DNA from: Streptomyces phage Wakanda
Direction: 5' to 3' (one strand)
Sequence record: MT024865.1
Length of the DNA: 24,000 nt
Part shown: positions 1 to 6,491 of the stretch, in pieces
How positions within the stretch are numbered: position 1 is the first letter of the stretch
How the letters are laid out: every line of letters starts with the position of its first letter
Position numbers and translations under genes: made by a program
The notes under the pieces: generated by a model
What the model saw: the letters and a program-made list of their open reading frames with translations, nothing else
Told to the model about the DNA's origin: nothing
Databases searched by the model: none

Positions 1-74
1 GGGATGTAGCTCAGCTTGGTCAGAGCGCTGCATTTGGGATGCAGAAGTCGAAGGTTCGAATCCTTTCATCCCGA
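1..74 (+). tRNA. tRNA-Pro(TGG), first base lies just outside the window
   Basis: Cloverleaf gggatg.../catcccg, anticodon loop TTTGGGA, T-arm gaagg-TTCGAAT-ccttt. Confidence 0.9.
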
Positions 75-79
75 CTTTT

Positions 80-110
80 AGGGAGCTGTTTTACGACGGC
101 TCCCTATTTT
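80..110 (+). terminator. Intrinsic terminator after tRNA-Pro
   Basis: AGGGAGC...GCTCCCT followed by ATTTTTAT. Confidence 0.75.
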
Positions 111-118
111 TATATCCA

Positions 119-682
119 ATGACAGGGAGAGTGATACCCGTGTCTGTACGGGAAGGTAAACAAGGAAGGAGTAAGGCTCCATCTCGGCAAGAAACAATTG
201 CCAAATTGAAGGAGATATGGGGTCCTGACTGTTTCCTATGCAAGAAACCGTTCGCAAGCGATTCAGAAATCACAATCGAGCACTGGTTCCCGCAGGTGGA
301 AGCAAAGCGGCTAGGTTGGGATTATGATAAGGTCAACCACATCGACAATCTGAGGCTTGCGCACAAGCCATGCAACTCAGCGAAGGGCGACCTTGTTCCG
401 AATCCGGACGGTACCCTTCCCGAGAAGCCGACCAAGGTCAAGGTAGCTAGGGCACCACGACCTGACCGGTGTGAGACTTGTGAAAACGGCCGGTTGCTTC
501 TGATTGGTGAGCAGTGCGATGATTGTGGCTCAGGCCCACAGCCAAGGACAGCTCCAAAGGCAACACAGAGGACACCGAAGGAATGTTCTCACGCCGGACT
601 TGACCACTGCTGGATGTGCTTCATTGGTCATGTCGAGAGGAAGTCAGCTCTAGAGGTTATCATCACTGGAGAAAATTCCTGA
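119..682 (+). CDS. HNH endonuclease-like protein
   Basis: CFLCKKPF...EHWFPQ...NHIDNLRLAHKPCNSAKGD, an HNH/McrA-like Cys-His-Asn pattern, plus extra C-terminal CxxC pairs; start codon uncertain (no clear SD). Confidence 0.8.
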   Translation: MTGRVIPVSVREGKQGRSKAPSRQETIAKLKEIWGPDCFLCKKPFASDSEITIEHWFPQVEAKRLGWDYDKVNHIDNLRLAHKPCNSAKGDLVPNPDGTLPEKPTKVKVARAPRPDRCETCENGRLLLIGEQCDDCGSGPQPRTAPKATQRTPKECSHAGLDHCWMCFIGHVERKSALEVIITGENS

Positions 683-717
683 GATTTTTGGGAGGGTTTC
701 GTAAAGCCCTCCCAAGC
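671..717 (+). terminator. Double-hairpin element copy A
   Basis: AAAATTCCTGAGATTTTT then GGGAGGG-TTTCGTAAA-GCCCTCCC then AAGCT. Confidence 0.5.
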
Positions 718-748
718 TCTTTACATCCGATAGCGATTGGAGTAACAT

Positions 749-1174
749 ATGGGTTACTACAGCGACTACGAGCTGGAGATTCGGGGCAAGGGACCGATTT
801 TTCAGCGGCTCAAGGACACAGCCCATGACATCGATGCGGCGGGTGTCTATAATCGCTCTCTTGAGGAGCTGATTAACAACGGTCTCTCCGAGGTCAAGTG
901 GTACTCTCATGAAGAGGATATCGCGGCCATCTCGAAGAACTGGCCCAACGTCATGTTCGTTCTCTCAGCTCTTGGTGAGGATGGCGAGCAGTGGCGGGTT
1001 TACGCTATGAATGGTAAGTCTCAGAACGTAAAGGGACGAACCGTCTTTGATGACCCTGACATGTCCAAGTTCGATTATCTGGACGAGGCAGAGATTCAGG
1101 CCAAGGAGGAGCGGAAGGCAGAGCTTCAAGCGATGCTTCGCAAGTTGCAGGCAGAACTTGACAGCCTAAGTTAA
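749..1174 (+). CDS. Hypothetical protein (MGYYSDYELEI...)
   Basis: 141-aa ORF, coding-like composition, no overlapping RNA genes. Confidence 0.75.
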   Translation: MGYYSDYELEIRGKGPIFQRLKDTAHDIDAAGVYNRSLEELINNGLSEVKWYSHEEDIAAISKNWPNVMFVLSALGEDGEQWRVYAMNGKSQNVKGRTVFDDPDMSKFDYLDEAEIQAKEERKAELQAMLRKLQAELDSLS

Positions 1175-1186
1175 TCCTGTTAGTAT
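1158..1186 (+). promoter_or_regulatory. Sigma70-type promoter upstream of RNA genes
   Basis: TTGACA - 17 nt - TAGTAT, with TG extension. Confidence 0.7.
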
Positions 1187-1229
1187 TAATAATACGTCAA
1201 GGGAAGACGGGAAAAAATCCCAAGCTTAA

Positions 1230-1304
1230 TGCCTACTAGCACAATTTGGCAGTTGCGCTCCGCTCTGGACGGAGAGGTTCTAGGTTCGAGTCCTAGGTAG
1301 GCAG
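1230..1304 (+). tRNA. tRNA-Gln(CTG)
   Basis: Acceptor TGCCTAC/GTAGGCA, loop CTCTGGA, T-arm ctagg-TTCGAGT-cctag. Confidence 0.9.
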
Positions 1305-1544
1305 CAAGGTGAAACCGACGGGTTTTACTAGAGAGTGGCGGAAAAAAGCACTATGCAGAACGGTGCAAAACGCACATTAGGTGGAAGATAACGCCATCGG
1401 GCTAGGCCAATTCGGTGAGGCCAGAGGGCGGAGGTTCCTTAGCGGGAATTGAATCCTGAGCTTAGCGGCAAAACTAATGGTACGGATGCTAACATGGACC
1501 CAAGGGCTGCCATCCGTTACAGGTGGAATCCTGTCTCTCACCAT
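1305..1544 (+). ncRNA. Unassigned structured noncoding block
   Basis: Inverted repeats GCAC/GTGC, GGCC/GGCC, ACGGATG/CATCCGT, ACAGG-TGGAAT-CCTGT; no listed plus-strand ORF fits this interval. Confidence 0.35.
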
Positions 1545-1615
1545 ATCTCAGAGCGTAGGTTGTGTCGGTCGGTCTCCAAAACCGAGTCGCGAGAGTTCGA
1601 ATCTCTCCTGGGGTG
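1545..1615 (+). tRNA. tRNA-Trp(CCA), weak D-arm
   Basis: Acceptor ATCTCAG/CTGGGGT with wobbles, anticodon arm tcggt-CTCCAAA-accga, T-arm gagag-TTCGAAT-ctctc, discriminator G. Confidence 0.7.
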
Positions 1616-1647
1616 CTTGACTTCCAAAATTTGAGGAGGTACAAATT

Positions 1648-1737
1648 ATGTCTATGAAGACTCTTGCAAAGTCTATCGTGGCCTCTGCTCTCTTCCGCAG
1701 GCTTCTTGCCAAGTGGCGAGCACGTAGGGTACGATAA
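1648..1737 (+). CDS. Small basic peptide MSMKTLAKSIVASALFRRLLAKWRARRVR
   Basis: Strong SD GAGGAGGT 6 nt upstream of ATG; 29 codons. Confidence 0.55.
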   Translation: MSMKTLAKSIVASALFRRLLAKWRARRVR

Positions 1738-1751
1738 AGCTTATGGGAGAC

Positions 1752-1787
1752 GGCTCGGCCCACGGTGAAAATCCGTAAAAGCGAGTC
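1752..1787 (+). ncRNA. Hairpin with TGAAAAT loop between RNA genes
   Basis: GGCTCG...ACGG-TGAAAAT-CCGT...CGAGTC nested inverted repeats. Confidence 0.3.
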
Positions 1788-1791
1788 GCAA

Positions 1792-1865
1792 TGGGGCATA
1801 GCTCAGGTGGTTAGAGCGCTTCTCTGATAAAGAAGAGGTCGTGGGTTCAACTCCCTCTGTCCCAA
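1792..1865 (+). tRNA. tRNA-Ile(GAT)
   Basis: Acceptor TGGGGCA/TGTCCCA, loop CTGATAA. Confidence 0.9.
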
Positions 1866-1869
1866 CTCT

Positions 1870-1952
1870 GGAAGGTCGGCAATTGGCGTAGCAAACAGTC
1901 TTGAAAACTGCTAAGGGTAACACCGATGTGGGTTCGACTCCCTCACCTTCCG
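1870..1952 (+). tRNA. tRNA-Ser(TGA)
   Basis: Acceptor GGAAGGT/ACCTTCC, loop CTTGAAA, long variable arm. Confidence 0.9.
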
Positions 1953-1971
1953 CTGGAAGAAATTCCACAAT

Positions 1972-2044
1972 GGCTCCGTAGTGTATGGGCGTAGCACGTT
2001 ACCCTGTCAAGGTAGAAGGGCGGGTTCGAATCCCGTCGGAGCCG
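1972..2044 (+). tRNA. tRNA-Asp(GTC)
   Basis: Acceptor GGCTCCG/CGGAGCC, loop CTGTCAA. Confidence 0.93.
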
Positions 2045-2078
2045 CTTTACCATAATGTAGTTTAGCGTAAGGATGAAC

Positions 2079-2288
2079 ATGGCCCGAGTTAAGAAGTTCG
2101 ACCTCAAGCCGCTTAACGGTGGCGACGGAAATATGTTCTCGGCGGTGGTCAACGGCAAGTTCCGTGGCCTGGTTGAGAAGTCTGGCCGGTCGAATTACGC
2201 ACTTCTCCTTGGCAAGAAGAACGTCACAAACTTCACGAGCAAGAAGTCTCTTGAAGAGTGGCTGCTGAACAAGTGGCCCAACAAGTAA
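2079..2288 (+). CDS. Hypothetical protein
   Basis: ORF MARVKKFDLKPLNGGDGN..., SD TAAGGA upstream. Confidence 0.8.
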   Translation: MARVKKFDLKPLNGGDGNMFSAVVNGKFRGLVEKSGRSNYALLLGKKNVTNFTSKKSLEEWLLNKWPNK

Positions 2289-2316
2289 ATAACAACAAAA
2301 CAACAACTGAATAATC

Positions 2317-2344
2317 AAGCCCCTAGGAAATCTAGGGGCTTTTT
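2317..2344 (+). terminator. Intrinsic terminator
   Basis: AGCCCCTAG-GAAAT-CTAGGGGCT TTTT. Confidence 0.85.
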
Positions 2345-2370
2345 CCATGGCGTTGTTAGGAGAAAGACCA

Positions 2371-2547
2371 GTGGCACGCGAGCGCAAGGCAGATATCGCT
2401 GTTAACCTTGTTCGTAAGCACGATGAGGATTACTACCGGATTGTCGATGACACCGAGATGTTTCATCTCAAGGCCAAGGGGAACGTGATGTTCGAGAAGG
2501 CCCGCATCGACAAGGGCCGGGTTGGCTCTTTCTACATCGAGTATTAA
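2371..2547 (+). CDS. Hypothetical protein (GTG start)
   Basis: SD AGGAGA before GTG; part of ORF 2347-2547. Confidence 0.7.
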   Translation: MARERKADIAVNLVRKHDEDYYRIVDDTEMFHLKAKGNVMFEKARIDKGRVGSFYIEY

Positions 2548-2554
2548 ATACTCG

Positions 2555-2578
2555 GCCGGGTTTCGGCCCGGCAAGCTT
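2555..2578 (+). terminator. Hairpin-AAGCTT element
   Basis: GCCGGG-TTTCGG-CCCGGC AAGCTT. Confidence 0.5.
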
Positions 2579-2607
2579 TAAAAATCCCCTACCAAAAGGA
2601 GCCAGTC

Positions 2608-2844
2608 ATGGCTGAGGGTTGGAAGAAGAGGATGTACGAGTCTCTGGCAGAAATGCTGAGGGAGGAGTACAACCTGGATGCCGTAGAGGTTACGGAGTTT
2701 GAGGACTACACGTACTCGGACGGATATTGCTCCACTTGCTATTATGAGTCCACGAGGTGCAAGATTACCTACGTAGACTCTGTGGGGGACACCCAGACGT
2801 ACGACTACTACGGGTCGTTTGCGGAGCTGGTTGGTTCCATGTAA
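2608..2844 (+). CDS. Hypothetical acidic protein
   Basis: 78-aa ORF MAEGWKKRMYESLAEMLREEYN... Confidence 0.75.
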   Translation: MAEGWKKRMYESLAEMLREEYNLDAVEVTEFEDYTYSDGYCSTCYYESTRCKITYVDSVGDTQTYDYYGSFAELVGSM

Positions 2845-2854
2845 TATTGGGGTC

Positions 2855-2875
2855 GTGCCCGTGAGTGGCGGGCAC
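2855..2875 (+). terminator. Hairpin at gene end
   Basis: GTGCCCG-TGAGTGG-CGGGCAC. Confidence 0.5.
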
Positions 2876-2882
2876 ATGGGTA

Positions 2883-2927
2883 GGCCCCCTCTCCCAGTCC
2901 CCCGTTCGAACCATGGGAGAGGGGGCC
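2883..2927. terminator. Long GC-rich hairpin between convergent genes
   Basis: 14-bp perfect stem GGCCCCCTCTCCCA/TGGGAGAGGGGGCC. Confidence 0.6.
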
Positions 2928-2946
2928 GTTCAACCCCCCAGCACTA

Positions 2947-3171
2947 CTATGATGACACAGATGGCCCCGGCTGGGGCGGGATTTCGGAAAGAGCCGGACG
3001 AAGCTTCTTGACCTGTCCGCAACGAGGGCAGACCTTGATGATGGGGTTGTTTGGTATGGTTCGCCAGAGGTGGTATCCGACCTTCTGGCAACGAGTGGTA
3101 TGGGCCATACCACATGACACCATGATGCCGGGTTTGGGGCAATGGCGGTCTAGACAAAGTTGACAGAGCAC
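2947..3171 (-). CDS. Putative small zinc-binding protein
   Basis: 74 aa, CQLC...C...C...CPRC; GTG start, weak SD. Confidence 0.45.
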   Translation of the reverse strand: MLCQLCLDRHCPKPGIMVSCGMAHTTRCQKVGYHLWRTIPNNPIIKVCPRCGQVKKLRPALSEIPPQPGPSVSS

Positions 3172-3239
3172 CCTGTAGTGTGGTTGTCAAGGTCTAGTTC
3201 ACATCCCGGACAGACCAGTGCTGTGCTACCATCTGGGCC

Positions 3240-3401
3240 ATGACGGATACCCCCATCTTCGACGCTCTGATGGCCGAACATCCAATCGAGCTGAGGCCAC
3301 CCGAAAAGAAGCCCACGAGACGGCTGTTCCTGGACGCCTACGAGGCCGATACGTTGGCCCTGGGTATGAACCTCATCCCTCTCCAGAGGGAGCGTCAGTG
3401 A
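3240..3401 (+). CDS. Hypothetical protein MTDTPIFDALMAEHPIELRPPEKKPTRR...
   Basis: 53-aa ORF overlapping the next gene's GTG; extended -10-like TGCTACCAT 8 nt before ATG. Confidence 0.6.
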   Translation: MTDTPIFDALMAEHPIELRPPEKKPTRRLFLDAYEADTLALGMNLIPLQRERQ

Positions 3402-3676
3402 GCCGGTGCGATTTTTGTAACGAGCCGAATCCGGGCTGGCTGGTCCCCTCCAAGTCGTTCGAAGTCATGGGCACCATGAGCTTGGATGAGTGGCTTGCCT
3501 GCGATGTGTGCGCTAAACTAGTGATGCACAATCAATGGAGCCTGCTCCTGACAAGGGTGAGAGAGTTCTGGTGGAAGAACCATGACAGGCCCATGTCACC
3601 TTTGGTCGTGGAGACCATGCGGCTGACCTACAGCAAGCTTCGAGAGAACATCACGGGACCGGTCAGAAAAATCTGA
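3398..3676 (+). CDS. Zinc-finger-type protein (CDFCNEPNPGW...CDVCAK)
   Basis: CxxC...CxxC arrangement; GTG start overlapping the upstream stop. Confidence 0.75.
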   Translation: MSRCDFCNEPNPGWLVPSKSFEVMGTMSLDEWLACDVCAKLVMHNQWSLLLTRVREFWWKNHDRPMSPLVVETMRLTYSKLRENITGPVRKI

Positions 3677-3686
3677 CAGGGCATGA

Positions 3687-3721
3687 GAAAACCCCCGGCA
3701 GAACTTTACCGGGGGTTTTCC
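3687..3721. terminator. Bidirectional terminator between convergent genes
   Basis: AAAACCCCCCGG...CCGGGGGTTTT. Confidence 0.85.
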
Positions 3722-3730
3722 TGCGCACTC

Positions 3731-3973
3731 TCAGTGAGCCCTCTCGTAGGCTTCCATGACTGGCTGAGGGATGCGTCCCTTCGCCGCAATCTTGAACCCA
3801 TGCTTGGTGGCCCACTGACGGATGTCCTTGAGCTGGTCGCGGCGGGTTGCCAGGTCGGTTGGTGCAGAGGTCGAAGAAGGCTCCTCGGCCTGCTGACGAG
3901 GCTGGCGGATGTTAGCTGCCCACTTGAGGTATCGCTGTGCGTCTTCATCGGTGAGAGTGATTTGGATGCCCAC
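3731..3973 (-). CDS. Lsr2 C-terminal-domain-like DNA-binding protein
   Basis: C-terminus IRQWATKHGFKIAAKGRIPQPVMEAYERAH matches the Lsr2 C-terminal motif (IREWAR..G....RGRIP..V..AY); SD GGAAGGAG before GTG. Confidence 0.8.
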   Translation of the reverse strand: MGIQITLTDEDAQRYLKWAANIRQPRQQAEEPSSTSAPTDLATRRDQLKDIRQWATKHGFKIAAKGRIPQPVMEAYERAH

Positions 3974-4089
3974 GGATGCTCCTTCCAAAGGGTTAGGACT
4001 GGCCTTGCCGAAACATTAGCACAAGGCATTCGCAAGCGCAAAGACTTGGCCAAGCTGTTACTGTGGTGCAGAGCACGGTTTGGGGTGGT

Positions 4090-4118
4090 TTGACACGGAA
4101 CCGAGGTGCCTGTACAAT
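4090..4118 (+). promoter_or_regulatory. Sigma70-type promoter for tRNA-Arg
   Basis: TTGACA - 17 nt - TACAAT. Confidence 0.85.
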
Positions 4119-4141
4119 TATTCTCAGCAACAAGGAATAAT

Positions 4142-4214
4142 GTCCCCGTAGCTCAGCGGATAGAGCGTTGGCTTGCGGAGCCAAAGGTCGCAGGTTCGAA
4201 TCCTGCCGGGGACG
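4142..4214 (+). tRNA. tRNA-Arg(GCG)
   Basis: Acceptor GTCCCCG/CGGGGAC, anticodon arm ttggc-TTGCGGA-gccaa. Confidence 0.9.
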
Positions 4215-4240
4215 CAAGCTCGGTACACAAGAGCGAACGA

Positions 4241-4270
4241 GGACCCGTGAAGCAGCTCGCGGGTTCTTTT
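4241..4270 (+). terminator. Intrinsic terminator
   Basis: GGACCCG...CGGGTTC TTTTC. Confidence 0.7.
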
Positions 4271-4291
4271 CTTTAAGCAAGGAGTGGTGGC

Positions 4292-4555
4292 ATGGAGGAT
4301 GCTACTCTAGACGACCTGATTGAGATGGGCGTCTACGAGGTCTCGGGCGTTGACGAGGACGGGGAACCTATGTACTCTCTCAACGTAGGGGTGGCGAAGG
4401 AACTGGCTCCAGAAATCTACTGGGCAGACCTGAACGCCTGTGAGACAGCGATTTTCGATGCGGTGGAAGCCGGGTATCTTGAGTGGGACGTTGACCCCGA
4501 TACCCTGGAGATGTCATTCTATGTAACCGAGTTGGGCGAAAAGTACATCGACTAG
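4292..4555 (+). CDS. Hypothetical acidic protein
   Basis: 87-aa ORF, SD AAGGAG upstream. Confidence 0.8.
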   Translation: MEDATLDDLIEMGVYEVSGVDEDGEPMYSLNVGVAKELAPEIYWADLNACETAIFDAVEAGYLEWDVDPDTLEMSFYVTELGEKYID

Positions 4556-4561
4556 CCGGTT

Positions 4562-4634
4562 GCCCCTATAGCTCAGTGGATAGAGCGGGTGCCTTCTAAG
4601 CACTTGGCCGCAGGTTCGAATCCTGTTAGGGGCA
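4562..4634 (+). tRNA. tRNA-Arg(TCT)
   Basis: Acceptor GCCCCTA/TAGGGGC, loop CTTCTAA. Confidence 0.93.
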
Positions 4635-4638
4635 CTTG

Positions 4639-4680
4639 AGAAAATTCCTGAGATTTTTCCGGGGGTTTCGTAAAGGACCC
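4639..4680 (+). terminator. Double-hairpin element copy B
   Basis: AAAATTCCTGAGATTTTT then GGGGGTTTCGTAAAGGACCCC. Confidence 0.5.
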
Positions 4681-4771
4681 TCTTCTGATGCCCGGAGCAG
4701 CGTGCTAGCATATTACACGTATGGCTTCGGGCAAGCTTCGTTCATAGGCAAACCAACAAGGGAGAATTACC

Positions 4772-4963
4772 ATGGGCGAGGTTTTCCATCACTACGTGGA
4801 ACTGCTGTCCGACCCGGCTCACCTGATGGTCGAGCTGACCTTTATCCTCGTGATTGACGGACTGTTCCTCGGTCTCGTTTGGCCTCTGGTCAAGAAGTCG
4901 ATTAACAAGCGGGTGGAGGCAGAGCACGCGGTCCTGGACCGGGAGCACGGCATCAAGCATTAA
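4772..4963 (+). CDS. Small membrane protein
   Basis: 63 aa with hydrophobic LTFILVIDGLFLGLVWPLV; SD GGGAGA. Confidence 0.75.
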   Translation: MGEVFHHYVELLSDPAHLMVELTFILVIDGLFLGLVWPLVKKSINKRVEAEHAVLDREHGIKH

Positions 4964-4970
4964 GCCGTGG

Positions 4971-4976
4971 TAAAAT
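4971..4976 (+). promoter_or_regulatory. Extended -10 box positioned for a leaderless transcript
   Basis: TGgTAAAAT, ATG 7 nt after the box. Confidence 0.5.
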
Positions 4977-4982
4977 AGTGGT

Positions 4983-5498
4983 ATGACAAACATGCCACGG
5001 CCCGGTGATTTCGGGCTATCAAGAATCGGCGGGTTTGTGGGGTGGTGGATTGGCATGGGCCAGCTCATCACGGGAGACGCCTCCCGCTACACACACGCCT
5101 TTATCGTCCTAGACGACGAAACAGTTATTGAGGCCATGCCAGGTGGAGCGGTAATTACTCCGCTGTCAGAATATCGAGGCAAGGCTGTGTTCTCCAATCT
5201 CTCGTTGACCGATGAGCAGCGTGCTACGGTCGTGAGAGAGGGTCGAGCGCTCAAGGGAGTTCCGTACTCATTCCTTGACTACTTGGCCCTAGCTTTGGCC
5301 CACTTTGGTTTCAAGCCAAAGAGGCTGAGGAAGTACATCACAAATAAGGGTCACATGATTTGCTCGCAGTTGGTCGATGAGGTTTATCGACGGGCGGGTA
5401 TTCATATGTTCAATGACGGTAGGCTCCCCCAGGACGTAACTCCCGGAGACCTAGCCAATTACCTCATTGAGCGTGACTGGGAACTTGAAACCCTTTAG
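4983..5498 (+). CDS. Permuted NlpC/P60 (YiiX/YaeF-like) cysteine hydrolase
   Basis: His motif THAFIVLDDETVIEAMPGG before Cys motif HMICSQLVDEVYRRAG, the circularly permuted order. Confidence 0.7.
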   Translation: MTNMPRPGDFGLSRIGGFVGWWIGMGQLITGDASRYTHAFIVLDDETVIEAMPGGAVITPLSEYRGKAVFSNLSLTDEQRATVVREGRALKGVPYSFLDYLALALAHFGFKPKRLRKYITNKGHMICSQLVDEVYRRAGIHMFNDGRLPQDVTPGDLANYLIERDWELETL

Positions 5499-5501
5499 TG
5501 A

Positions 5502-5507
5502 TATACT
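5502..5507 (+). promoter_or_regulatory. Extended -10 box positioned for a leaderless transcript
   Basis: TGaTATACT, ATG 7 nt after the box. Confidence 0.5.
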
Positions 5508-5513
5508 AATGTC

Positions 5514-5669
5514 ATGAAGAGATACGTTTATTCAGTGCTTCTGCAAGTAGAAGTCGAAGCATTCAGTGAAGCTGATGCCCATGAGGCAGTCGAAGACTGC
5601 TTCGGTGAGGGCAGTAATTGCGGACTGAATGTCCTTGATTTTGAGGTTGTAGATAGCGATGAGTTCTGA
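5514..5669 (+). CDS. Hypothetical 51-aa protein MKRYVYSVLLQVEVEAFSEADAHEAVEDCF...
   Basis: ORF overlapping the start of the next gene. Confidence 0.7.
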   Translation: MKRYVYSVLLQVEVEAFSEADAHEAVEDCFGEGSNCGLNVLDFEVVDSDEF

Positions 5670-5883
5670 GTTTGCTGAGATGGTTGACCTCATGGGTCGG
5701 CCGGGTGTCACGGTGATGCAGTTCTGCGGGGTTTCCGTAGACGAAGAAAATCTCTGTGACCAAGAAGCCGTAGGAGAAATCCTGGCTGAGCTGGAGGACG
5801 GTGTAACCGTTCCCATTCCTATCTGTGAGGGCCACCTGCATGCCGTGCAAGCCCAGTACAGCGTAGAAGAACTGAATGCGTGA
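5659..5883 (+). CDS. Hypothetical acidic protein
   Basis: 74-aa ORF MSSEFAEMVDLMGRPG... Confidence 0.75.
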   Translation: MSSEFAEMVDLMGRPGVTVMQFCGVSVDEENLCDQEAVGEILAELEDGVTVPIPICEGHLHAVQAQYSVEELNA

Positions 5884-5889
5884 GATTAT

Positions 5890-5919
5890 TTGACAACACC
5901 ATGGAACTCTTGCTATGAT
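5890..5919 (+). promoter_or_regulatory. Sigma70-type promoter
   Basis: TTGACA - 18 nt - TATGAT with TG extension. Confidence 0.88.
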
Positions 5920-5933
5920 AGAGGAGTTCCGTT

Positions 5934-6006
5934 GGGGGCTTAGCTCATTTGGTAGAGCGCTTGCCTTGCAAGCAAGAGGTGGCGGGTTCGATTCCCGCAG
6001 TCTCCA
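5934..6006 (+). tRNA. tRNA-Ala(TGC)
   Basis: Acceptor GGGGGCT/AGTCTCC, loop CTTGCAA. Confidence 0.93.
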
Positions 6007-6023
6007 CTTTAGGAGGTGATACT

Positions 6024-6092
6024 ATGTACGGCACAGTCTGGACAGTAGTCGGCATCCTTCTAATCGTCCTTCTCCTAATCATGATTTTCTAA
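6024..6092 (+). CDS. 22-aa single-pass membrane peptide MYGTVWTVVGILLIVLLLIMIF
   Basis: SD AGGAGGTGAT, ATG, stop. Confidence 0.65.
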   Translation: MYGTVWTVVGILLIVLLLIMIF

Positions 6093-6102
6093 GGAGGTAG
6101 AG

Positions 6103-6195
6103 ATGATTCGAGCAAATGAAATTGTATGGACAATTACAGGAGTTCTTTTCAGCATCGCCCTAGTTGTATGGCTAGCTGAAAACGTAAATCTGTAA
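6103..6195 (+). CDS. 30-aa single-pass membrane peptide MIRANEIVWTITGVLFSIALVVWLAENVNL
   Basis: SD AAGGAGGT, ATG, stop; follows the 22-aa ORF. Confidence 0.65.
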   Translation: MIRANEIVWTITGVLFSIALVVWLAENVNL

Positions 6196-6197
6196 GC

Positions 6198-6227
6198 TTG
6201 ACAGCCTGTCCTTCGGCTGTATATAAT
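6198..6227 (+). promoter_or_regulatory. Sigma70-type promoter with inverted repeat in spacer
   Basis: TTGACA - 18 nt - TATAAT. Confidence 0.9.
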
Positions 6228-6240
6228 AGAAGGACAACAT

Positions 6241-6313
6241 GCGCCGGTAGCTCAGTTGGTAGAGCAAGGGACTCTTAATCCCTGGGTCCTCGGTTCAAGT
6301 CCGAGTCGGCGTA
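6241..6313 (+). tRNA. tRNA-Lys(CTT)
   Basis: Loop CTCTTAA, T-arm ctcgg-TTCAAGT-ccgag. Confidence 0.92.
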
Positions 6314-6337
6314 CTTCGGAAGCAAATTGCTTCCTAT

Positions 6338-6410
6338 GGCGGCATAGTTCAGTTGGTAGAACGCTCCCCTCATAAGGGAGAAGTCATTGGTTCGAGTCCA
6401 ATTGCCGCTA
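6338..6410 (+). tRNA. tRNA-Met(CAT), elongator-type (or Ile2; cannot be separated by eye)
   Basis: Anticodon arm ctccc-CTCATAA-gggag. Confidence 0.9.
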
Positions 6411-6413
6411 CTT

Positions 6414-6491
6414 CGCGGGGTGGAGCAGTTCGGTCAGCTCGCCAGCCTCATAAGCTGGAGGTCATCGGTTCAAATCCGGTTCCCGCTACCA
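6414..6491 (+). tRNA. Initiator-type tRNA-fMet(CAT), CCA encoded
   Basis: CGCGGGGTGGAGCAG start, C1 x U72 mismatch, A11:U24, loop CTCATAA, encoded CCA at 6489-6491. Confidence 0.88.

Noticed and set aside
1752-1787. Cobalamin riboswitch, because of GGTGAAAATCC
   Set aside because: The conserved B12-box (GCCACTG-like) and remaining core are absent and the downstream sequence is a tRNA.
3683-4093. 136-aa plus-strand ORF
   Set aside because: Overlaps antisense to the better supported Lsr2-like gene and a bidirectional terminator; no SD.
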